NCBI GenBank assembly: GCA_000004985.1 | Contig: GG738894.1 | Source of the DNA: Naegleria gruberi | Taxonomy: Eukaryota | Direction: 5' to 3' (one strand) | DNA length: 64,000 nt | Shown here: positions 54,763-62,969 of the stretch, one piece after another | Layout of the letters: every line of letters begins with the position of its first letter | Position numbering within the stretch: position 1 is the stretch's first letter | Notes under the pieces: model-generated | What the model saw: only the letters and a program-made list of their open reading frames with translations | What the model was told of the DNA's origin: nothing | Databases searched by the model: none | Translations under genes and position numbers: made by a program

Positions 54763-56784
54763 ATGTCGCTATTCCTCACGCACTGTTTCCCTCATGCTAG
54801 CTCATGCACCGATCACTATGAATCCGATTCGGAATATGAATGTCGTGACGATCTATTCGATTTAAACAGATTCACACAACCAATTCACGTCGGATTGGAT
54901 TTAACAATCGAAGGTTCAAGAAAATTAGGACACTACCTATTGATCATCATGTGGAGGTTAATATTAAAAAGTCCCATGTTATTCCGAGTGAGAGATGAAG
55001 CGAAAGAACAAGTCAAATTGTTGGAGAAATTTTGTTGCCAGAGACACGAAGAGTTTGCTAGGGAGGTTTGTTGTTCGAATCATCATTTGTTTGAAGATTC
55101 GAGTGTGGAAGTGTTTGATGATATGCAGGTGTGGGCTTCCATGAGAGAAAGTGAAGAAAATGAGACACGGGAATACGAAGGAGAAAAGAGAATTAAATTA
55201 GATGCTGAATCCCTGTCAAAAGTTTATACACTTTCGAATTATTTTGCTACTATTGTTAAAAAATACATATTTGGAGAGTTGGCGAAACATGGCACTGCAG
55301 AGATTTACAAATTTATCACAAAGCAAAATAAGATTGCACTTACATTTAAAATTGAGGAGCTCAGAGATATGGTATTGAAATATTTCGAATATACTCCTTC
55401 AATGCTTCCATTGGAAGATCAGGATGTTAAATTATATTTTATTGGAATGACAGCCTTACTGGAATATTTGGCAGCTGAAATGATTGAATTGGGTGGAAAT
55501 GCCGCTAGAGATGCCCGTCAGGAATATATTACACCTTCTTGTTTTGAAATAGCCACTTCAGGAGATGCAGAATTGGAAAGGACGGTACTATTTCACATGA
55601 ACCATTTGCCTCTCGTTGATTTCAATTATTTTTATGGAGCCAATCAAACAGTATTACCTCCTATTGATGTGAATGAGAAAGCCAATAGTGGAGAGGAATT
55701 TAATTTTACTCAACTACCAACTGAATTACATAACACCATACTCAAAAATGTTTCTTCGTTGGAAGAACTTTTGGAAATGAGATTGGTTTGCAAACAATGG
55801 AACTATTTCATCATGAATGATAATGATATTTGGAAGAGTTTAATTTGTAACAATACGATTTCAGAAGATTTATTCAGGTTCTGTGATTCAACTTTTACTG
55901 TTGGTGAGTTGGAAACTATTTTGAGTAGAGGAAAAGATCTAAAACCTCTCCATTTTGGCCAACAAGTAATTAATCATTTCTATGAGAAGAATGATTGGAA
56001 GTCCCTATACTTTATTCTCGTACGAAGACATTTGACATTTATACGTGATTTGGATTTGATGAAATCAAGAGAATTTTTCGATGAATATTTCAATTACGAT
56101 TCTTCTGTAGAATCATATGACAACTCGAAAAAGAAACTGCAAATTGGAATTACAAAGGGTGTATTTGCGAATTTCAACTTTACAAAACACCTATCATCAC
56201 GTGTTTCGTCTAAGGTTTACATTCCTAAAGATGCTCTTTCAGAATTTTTGAAATTTGGAAATAATTATTCACTAGTTGGTGTGATTGACTTTTCAAAATT
56301 CTCCTCCTTCATTTCATGTCGTTTGTTCCCAAAAAATGGATTATTATATTGCTTTTATCACAAAATCAATCAAGCAGATTTTCTATTCTTTGAGAATTAT
56401 TCTCTTGAATCTGAACAATTAATTGAATTTGAAATCAAAGACAAAAGCTTTGAATTTCCTCAACCAATTAATCCATACCAAGTCTACCATGAACAAATTA
56501 TTGTCAATCAACCTTCATGTTGTCCACTCTTTTACTTGCAGCAAGCACAAGGTCATCGTTCAGGTTGCAATCTAGCCCCAAGCGTTCTATTTAACAATAA
56601 TGAAGACAAACCTGAAACAATGATTCAATCCTACCTCAGAGAGGATGACGAGGATAATATAGTACTGCTATCAGACACCTTGGAGGAATCAGAAGATACT
56701 TTTTCTATTTACATTTCAAGAGAGGATTTAATCTTAAGAAAGTTTGAGAATGCAAAAATTGAATATGTGAAACCAAACTACTAG
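54763..56784 (+). CDS. F-box protein containing a histone H2A-like histone-fold segment
   Basis: ATG-initiated ORF of 673 aa. Residues ~190-275 (nt ~55330-55588) align by eye with the H2A core: LLEYLAAEMIELGGNAARDARQEYITPSCFEIATSGDAELERTV versus [44 protein letters not shown]. The F-box lies at residues ~316-360 (LPTELHNTILKNVSSLEELLEMRLVCKQWNYFIMNDNDIWKSL). Confidence 0.8.
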   Translation: MSLFLTHCFPHASSCTDHYESDSEYECRDDLFDLNRFTQPIHVGLDLTIEGSRKLGHYLLIIMWRLILKSPMLFRVRDEAKEQVKLLEKFCCQRHEEFAREVCCSNHHLFEDSSVEVFDDMQVWASMRESEENETREYEGEKRIKLDAESLSKVYTLSNYFATIVKKYIFGELAKHGTAEIYKFITKQNKIALTFKIEELRDMVLKYFEYTPSMLPLEDQDVKLYFIGMTALLEYLAAEMIELGGNAARDARQEYITPSCFEIATSGDAELERTVLFHMNHLPLVDFNYFYGANQTVLPPIDVNEKANSGEEFNFTQLPTELHNTILKNVSSLEELLEMRLVCKQWNYFIMNDNDIWKSLICNNTISEDLFRFCDSTFTVGELETILSRGKDLKPLHFGQQVINHFYEKNDWKSLYFILVRRHLTFIRDLDLMKSREFFDEYFNYDSSVESYDNSKKKLQIGITKGVFANFNFTKHLSSRVSSKVYIPKDALSEFLKFGNNYSLVGVIDFSKFSSFISCRLFPKNGLLYCFYHKINQADFLFFENYSLESEQLIEFEIKDKSFEFPQPINPYQVYHEQIIVNQPSCCPLFYLQQAQGHRSGCNLAPSVLFNNNEDKPETMIQSYLREDDEDNIVLLSDTLEESEDTFSIYISREDLILRKFENAKIEYVKPNY

Positions 56785-56822
56785 CACGAGCCATCAGCCA
56801 AAATTGTTTAATAAATTAAAAA

Positions 56823-56940
56823 GACTACAGCACCACAGGTTTCCAAGTTGTCTCCAACCTCAGTACTGATGTGGCTCGACGATGCTTAACTTCTCAAATC
56901 GGACAGGATGAGGTGCATTCATCGTGATATGGCCGTAGCC
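56823..56940 (-). rRNA. 5S: 5S ribosomal RNA
   Basis: The reverse complement is GGCTACGGCCATATCACGATGAATGCACCTCATCCTGTCCGATTTGAGAAGTTAAGCATCGTCGAGCCACATCAGTACTGAGGTTGGAGACAACTTGGAAACCTGTGGTGCTGTAGTC. It aligns along its whole length with eukaryotic 5S (GGCCATAxCAC, GAAGxTAAGCA, AGTACT, GGAGAC, GGTGCTGTAG). Helix I pairs the 5' and 3' ends. A T5 run follows, acting as a Pol III terminator. Confidence 0.95.
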
Positions 56941-57061
56941 ATTCATTTCCTTAATACAATGAATATAAAGAATATTTAACTAATTGGATCAGAAATTTAT
57001 TCATTTTACATATTAACTCGGGCTATATTGTTGAATCTCTTGTTTCACTCTTTAGAAATAA

Positions 57062-57457
57062 CTACAAATCTTCGTCTTCAAATTGTGGAGGTTTGTGATG
57101 ATCTGGATTAACATTTCCAAACGAAGATGAAGAACTACCTCCTCTATTTCCACTTCCATAACCTCCAAATGGTCCAATGGTAGGATAAACTGGATCAAAT
57201 CGAGAACCTGGTAACATCTGAGGAGGTTTCATATCTCCTCCTCCCATTGAAGAAGCAGAAGGAAAATTCGAACGATCATTGAAAATTGGATTATTTGGTC
57301 CAACTTGATTGCCACCAAATCCACCACTCATTGAGGAAGGAGCATTTCCATGTAAAGGTTGAAAACAAGGCAATGGATTTAAATCTTGATCTCCTACTCT
57401 TCTATTATTATTCATCATCATGTTGTTACTATTATTGTTAAAATTATTGTTATTCAT
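57062..57457 (-). CDS. Small Gly/Asn/Pro-rich protein resembling the C-terminal region of proteasome regulator PI31
   Basis: ATG-initiated ORF of 131 aa. LPGSRFDPVYPTIGPFGG...NPDHHKPPQFEDEDL parallels the PI31 C-terminus (PPGARFDPFGPIG...NPDHLPPPGYDDMYL). No N-terminal FP domain is encoded. Confidence 0.6.
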   Translation of the reverse strand: MNNNNFNNNSNNMMMNNNRRVGDQDLNPLPCFQPLHGNAPSSMSGGFGGNQVGPNNPIFNDRSNFPSASSMGGGDMKPPQMLPGSRFDPVYPTIGPFGGYGSGNRGGSSSSSFGNVNPDHHKPPQFEDEDL

Positions 57458-57501
57458 GTTGTGTTATTCTTTTTGTGTTGAATTCATTGATTGGCATGAG
57501 A

Positions 57502-57578
57502 TTTTTGTGCTATTTAAAGAATTTTGAAAAAGGAATTAAAGTTATTTGTGTTACATATTACAAAAATAACTTTTTGAA
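57502..57578. repeat. Copy A of a ~80-bp dispersed direct repeat (promoter-proximal element)
   Basis: TTTTTGTGCTATTTAAAGAATTTTGAAAAAGGAATTAAAGTT (42/42 identical to copy B) is followed by a diverged tail that shares CAAAAATAACTTTTT. It lies 45-120 nt upstream of the minus-strand ATG at 57457. Confidence 0.8.
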
Positions 57579-57660
57579 CAACATTTCTACCCAAGAAACA
57601 GATGATACATATAGTCAAAACATTGAAAGTTGCGTTCAAAATGTTCTTGATAAATAGAAT

Positions 57661-58770
57661 TTATTCAAAATCTATTGAGATATCAGAGAGTTGATTGTTA
57701 ATTATTTTGATCAATAAATTAGATTTGAAACTATTGATATTGTGGAAGCGCTTCATATGTTCATACAAAAGATATCTCAATGCATACAAGGTCAGTAGGC
57801 ATTGGTTTTCATTTCCGTGACTATATCCATACCATGGAGTGAACATTACCTTCTTAGTTTTGTGAATAACCCATGGATATTTCTGCCTTTCACTTACACT
57901 CCTAGCAAGTAAATGCCAATCATTTACATTACTCAAGGTGGTGTCACAAACTCCACAAATGTATAAATCATCCAATTTCAAACAATCCTCAATAGTCTCT
58001 TCCACTTCACCAATTGTTTGAACTCTATTTTCTAATTTGTTCATACACTTATTCACAAATATAGTCAAGCTCTGATTATCCAATTGATTAATATTTTGTA
58101 GCAAGAGTTGTACATAAGTTCCATCTGTATACTCCACATAACCATCATTTGTGTCCTTTCTTCTCACAAAACCAAGTCTCATTGGAACTGATCGTCCTGC
58201 TCCTCTCAAAAACACTACAGACAACTCTCCACTGTTGATTAAATCATTAATCACACCTACAACAACTGAATCAAATCCCGTATAAGTTCCAGAATATAAC
58301 GTGAAGAAAACAATATTATATCCTCTCAGAAAGCTCCTCATCACTTGAGGTTGCAAGCTACAAAAACTGGATTCATTAATCCGATCCACCTTCTTGAATA
58401 TACATTTCTGATCGAGCATGAATCTCGTCCAATGTGATTCAGTGGACTCCTCCGAAGTCTTGAATAATTTTGGATTTTTAACATAATAACACAATCTCTC
58501 TTCAATACATTGCATAAAGTGGGCAGGTTCTGATGTATCTGCTTGAATAATCAAGGCTGATTGTAATTCATCAAATTCCTTTATAGTCAATTCATCCAAA
58601 TTGTCAGTGATTGCAAGTGGAACCAGATCAATGTCCTTCCTATCATGAGGTGTCCCTGCATCTAGATTATTATCAATTGTATCGTAATCATCCATTTTTT
58701 TTGTTGTAATATTTATTCTAAAAATAATTTGGCTCCATGGTAACAATTTGAAAGCAGTTACACGCAACAT
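57661..58770 (-). CDS. Hypothetical protein
   Basis: ORF of 369 aa with ATGs at 58770 and 58695 (MDDYDTIDNN...). It has ordinary globular composition. No family was recognised. Confidence 0.6.
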   Translation of the reverse strand: MLRVTAFKLLPWSQIIFRINITTKKMDDYDTIDNNLDAGTPHDRKDIDLVPLAITDNLDELTIKEFDELQSALIIQADTSEPAHFMQCIEERLCYYVKNPKLFKTSEESTESHWTRFMLDQKCIFKKVDRINESSFCSLQPQVMRSFLRGYNIVFFTLYSGTYTGFDSVVVGVINDLINSGELSVVFLRGAGRSVPMRLGFVRRKDTNDGYVEYTDGTYVQLLLQNINQLDNQSLTIFVNKCMNKLENRVQTIGEVEETIEDCLKLDDLYICGVCDTTLSNVNDWHLLARSVSERQKYPWVIHKTKKVMFTPWYGYSHGNENQCLLTLYALRYLLYEHMKRFHNINSFKSNLLIKIINNQLSDISIDFE

Positions 58771-58884
58771 TTCTTTTCATTTGACAAAGACCAACTGAGA
58801 TGACCTTGAGTAAGGAGTTATTAGAATCCAATGAGGATTAAAGAACTACTAAATTCCTTAGTTGTTTCTCCAATTGGATCTTGG

Positions 58885-58966
58885 TTTTTGTGCTATTTAA
58901 AGAATTTTGAAAAAGGAATTAAAGTTCTTTAGTGTGTGCAAATATTTCAAAAATAACTTTTTAAAG
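58885..58966. repeat. Copy B of the ~80-bp dispersed direct repeat
   Basis: It has the same 42-nt core as copy A (58885-58926) plus a related tail. It lies 115-270 nt upstream of the minus-strand ATGs at 58770 and 58695. Confidence 0.8.
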
Positions 58967-59246
58967 AGTGTTGGAAATGCAAAGGAGCAAAATATTAGAA
59001 TCGACAACTGACTAGACAATTTCACGTTGAAATTCAATGAGGTCTGTAAATTATTAATTTTTGAATTAGTACCCCAGTAATATTAATAATAATAATACAA
59101 CATTGTAAAGACAATATCTTAATGAGAGTGTCAAAGGAGAATTTATCCAATCATTTTTCCCTGACACACCAAATAAAACTTATCAGTCAGTAGTCAATTG
59201 TGAGACAAATCTCAGACAACCAAATTGAGAAGAATCGACACTCCCC

Positions 59247-60454
59247 ATGGAACACAACTCTCATACTTACCCCTCACCATTTCGTTTGACATCCATCTGT
59301 AAAAAAATGTTAGGCAGTAAGATTTGTCTATTGTTGCTTGCATGTTGTGTTGTTTCCCTACTTTTGGTCAACTTCCAAACAGTTAATAGTTCAAGACCCA
59401 ATTGTTCTGATCCATTACCTAAAGATTCCAGTCAATTTAGAAGAAATACCTTGCAACATGCTCTTGAGGAAGAATCTCTTCTTCAAGAAGATGACATGGA
59501 CCACTTGAACACCTTGAGTGCTGTCACTTTGAAAGGTGGCAGAGGTGGTGGAAGAGGTGGACGTGGTCGTGGTGGTGGTAGAGGTGGTAGAGGAGAGGAG
59601 GTAGAGGTAGAGGAGGACGTGGTTCAAGAGGAAGTAGAGGATCCAGAGGTGGTAAAGGAAGTAGAGGAAGCAAAGGTGGTTCAAGATCATCTTCTGGAAG
59701 AGGAAGTAGAGGAAGTAGAGGAGGTGGAAGAGGTAGAGGAAGCAGAGGAAGTAGAAGTGGATCAAGATCATCCTCAAGATCTGGAAGAAACAGTGGAAAG
59801 AGTAGAGGTGGAAAAGCTTCTTCGTCATCATCATCTGCTTCTTCTAAGGGAGCAAGAAGATCTGCAGCATCCAAAGCTAAAGCTACCAACAAATCACCAA
59901 CCGATTTGGGAAGAGTTTCGGTTACTGCCAGACGAACCTCCAAAACTAAAACAACTCAACAACAACAACAACAAGAATCCAAGGAAACTAAAAACAATAG
60001 AACCAAATCAGGAGGAGAAGGTTTACATATTCCATTTACAATGGAAGCTCTCAATATCATGTTCAAGGCCAAGAAGAAATTTGACGGATTTTTGGGACCT
60101 CACACTCAAAGACTTCCTCCAATTCCATTCGTTTCTGATAAACAAACATCTTGTGTGGCATGTAGAGTTGATTGCCTTAAAAGATGGAATGGTTTGGATA
60201 GACGTTCCATTTTTAGTAAGTGTAAGAAACAATTTTACTATTATGGATGTGAAAAAATTGCTCCATGTTTGAGAACGAGAGGAAATGGAGCAAATTTAGA
60301 GGAAGTTGAAGGTATGTTAGGTATTTGTTATGATAGAAATGGTTGTGAATTGGACAGACTTGTCGCCACTCAATATGTCAAACTTTATGGAATTGAAAAT
60401 GCGTCGAGAAGAATTGCAGCTGATATCATGTCTGAAAATCAAGATACTCAATAA
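59247..60454 (+). CDS. Secreted-type protein with an RGG/SR-rich repeat and Cys-rich C-terminal domain; the model needs a frame change near 59591-59597
   Basis: Track ORF 59247-60272 supplies the ATG, a signal-like segment (MLGSKICLLLLACCVVSLLLVNF) and the start of the RGG repeat. The repeat continues as RGGRGRGGRGSRGSRGSRGGKGSRGS... only in the frame of track ORF 59906-60454. That frame opens after the TAG at 59588-59590 and carries the Cys-rich tail (CVACRVDCLKRW...YYYGCEKIAPC...GICYDRNGCE). Confidence 0.5.
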
Positions 60455-60655
60455 ATTAGTTTGAATTGTAGTGAAATAATTGCCAAATATTCAAGATTTA
60501 GCTTATTAGAAACTTTATTCTAAAACGCACTAAACTAAAAGGAATTGCATATTAAATCGCTCAATACGCTCGTCGTTCTACCGTTGGCCCCGTTGTTAAC
60601 TTGGGAAGTAAAGGTCTATTTCCACTCTCGTCAATTTAACATTCTTACAAAAAAA

Positions 60656-61720
60656 ATGCTGAAATATTTAGCTGTCATTTGTCTTGTATTTTTTAGTTGT
60701 CATCTTGTGGCTGCAAAATTGCAAGTTACACCAAATAATGAACGTGGCATCAAGGTAGCAAATGGTCAAACTGCTGGTGAACACGAATTTCCTTTCATTG
60801 TTTCCATTCAAAAACAACTTTCGTCCGGAGCTTTCGAACATCTCTGTACAGGAAGTATCCTATCGAGTACATTTGTATTGACAGCTGCTCACTGTTTAGA
60901 CTCATCTACAACACTTGTTGTTGTTTACGGAACTTATGACAATACATGTTCAGATAATTGTAAATACATCAAAGTCAAAAATCAAATTGCTCATCCTTCC
61001 TATCAGAAAGGAACAGAAAGAAATGACATTGCTGTATTTGAACTTGAAAGTGCATTGCCAATTGATGATTCAACTGTTAGTACAGTTTCTATTGATGCAA
61101 ATTCAATTGCAATTCATGATGAGGAAAGTGATTCTTCTAGATTAGTTTTAATTTCTGGTTGGGGAGCTTTGAATTCTAACTTGGATTATCCTAAAAAGTT
61201 ACAAAAGGCATCTGTTCCAATTGTTAAAATGTCATATTGTAATAATTTGAATTTGGGTGGAGTTGATATTGAACAAATTTGTGCAGGAGCTGGAAATGGT
61301 AAGTTTTTACAATTTTAGAAAGTGAATTTCAATAATTTTCATAGGAAGGGATGCTTGCAGTGGAGACAGTGGTGGTCCTTTATTTAGAAAAATATCTTCC
61401 TCTTCAAAATATACTCAATTTGGTGTTGTAAGTATTGAAATACTTTACAAAAAATTATTGAAATATTGTAAAATATTGTAAAATAGGTTTCGACTGGTTA
61501 TGAAACTTGTGGAGCAACTGTTAGTAGAGGACTCTATTCGAATACCACTTTCTATCTATCATTCATTCAAACATACGTCCCAGGAGTTTCTGTTAATCAA
61601 GATTCGGATACTGTCAATCCAGGAGATATTGGAACTGGTAATACTGGAACAGGTTCTCAAATTGTATATACCTCACTATCATTTATTGTACTTTTATTCA
61701 TAATTTCACTAATTTTCTAA
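60656..61720 (+). CDS. Trypsin-like (S1) serine protease with a signal peptide and hydrophobic C-terminal tail (copy 2)
   Basis: Exons are 60656-61298, 61345-61427 and 61487-61720, with introns of 46 and 59 nt (GTAAGT donors); the last exon is absent from the track. The signal is MLKYLAVICLVFFSCHLVAA. The triad contexts are TAAHC, NDIAVF and G-RDACSGDSGGP (restored by splicing). The protein ends ...SLSFIVLLFIISLIF. Confidence 0.9.
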
Positions 61721-61753
61721 GTTATTTGAAAAACAAAACACTTTACAAAAAAA

Positions 61754-62880
61754 TTAAAGAGAATTCAAAATTTCTTCAGCAGTTTTTTCCACCTCTTGTC
61801 TATTCAAAGTATTAACAATGTAAACTCCCTTCACTTGTTTATGTGAATCGGCTTTAATAAATCTACTCATGAGAAAATCCTTCACTTGATTGACTTGTTC
61901 TGAGCTTTTCACAAATTCTGGAAAGAGAGAGGAAAAGACAACTTTTTGTCTGTGAATGATTTCTTCCAAAATGTCAAGTTTTGTAAAGATTAGAAAGATT
62001 GGAACAGTGGTTGATGAGATAACGTCCTTGAAACATTTCAAACTCTCATTAGCTCTGTTGAAATTCATTTTCCGATATACATATTCGAATAGAGGTAATA
62101 AACTTACCTATTTTCATTCTGATCTTCATAACAATATTGAAAGCATTCACTTAATGAAACCATGAAAAAGATAGCATCTGGAAGAGGATTTGCACTAATT
62201 ACATGTTTCCATTTCTTTCTCTCATTTCTTTGTCCTCCTGTATCTGTTCTAAATTCGTAAAATATTGAATTACCCAATTAGTTAATAACATACATGGTCA
62301 ATTTGAAATTTTTAAATTCAGTTGATCCACAATTTACAATTCCGACTGTCTTTTTCTGTAATCTTGCCAGATCCTCAATTGTTGGCTCATAATTATTCGA
62401 AAGTAGAATTCTCTCACTATTCTTAAAGAAATATTGATGATTTCCTGCGAGATGAAGGAGAGGATACAGTTCTGGATTGTCAATCACATCACAAACTGCT
62501 GGATTTTTCAATAATTTGATAAAATTCTTGCAATTCTTCAACAACACCTCCAAATGTCTCCTTTCAAAATGACTGTCAACATAATTTTCCACTAGGTGAG
62601 CTAATTGCTTGACAATATTTTCATCATCACCTGTAATATTCCTTCTAACCTGCGCATTTGTTGTAATATTCACCAAATTTTGAAGAACACTATATTGAAT
62701 ATGTTCGGAATGAATTTTCAAATTCTTATCAACAACAACTTGATTGGAAATTAATTGTCGTGCAAATGATGATTTGCCACATTCACCAGTTCCCAGAAAT
62801 ACAAACGACTTGTTGATGAATGAGCACGATGGAACAATTCCAGTAAAGAAGGTGAAGGGAGGAGAGGGCTTGTTCTTCAT
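61754..62880 (-). CDS. Heterotrimeric G-protein alpha subunit-like protein (divergent)
   Basis: Exons are 62294-62880, 62108-62248 and 61754-62054, with introns 62249-62293 (45 nt, GTATGT) and 62055-62107 (53 nt, GTAAGT). The P-loop is FLGTGECGKSS and a helical-domain insert is present. Switch I is KKTVGIV. Splicing restores FKLT-I-TDTGGQRNERKKW (switch II) and EDQNEN-R-ANESLKCF. The first ATG is at 62880; the track start at 62916 is TTG. Confidence 0.85.
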
Positions 62881-62969
62881 TTTGTTTTTTTTTGTATAAT
62901 TGTAAGTGGGCGGCAATCCTTAGAGCTACTTATTCGATTCTTTATTTATGGAAATGAAGAGTGGTGAAG

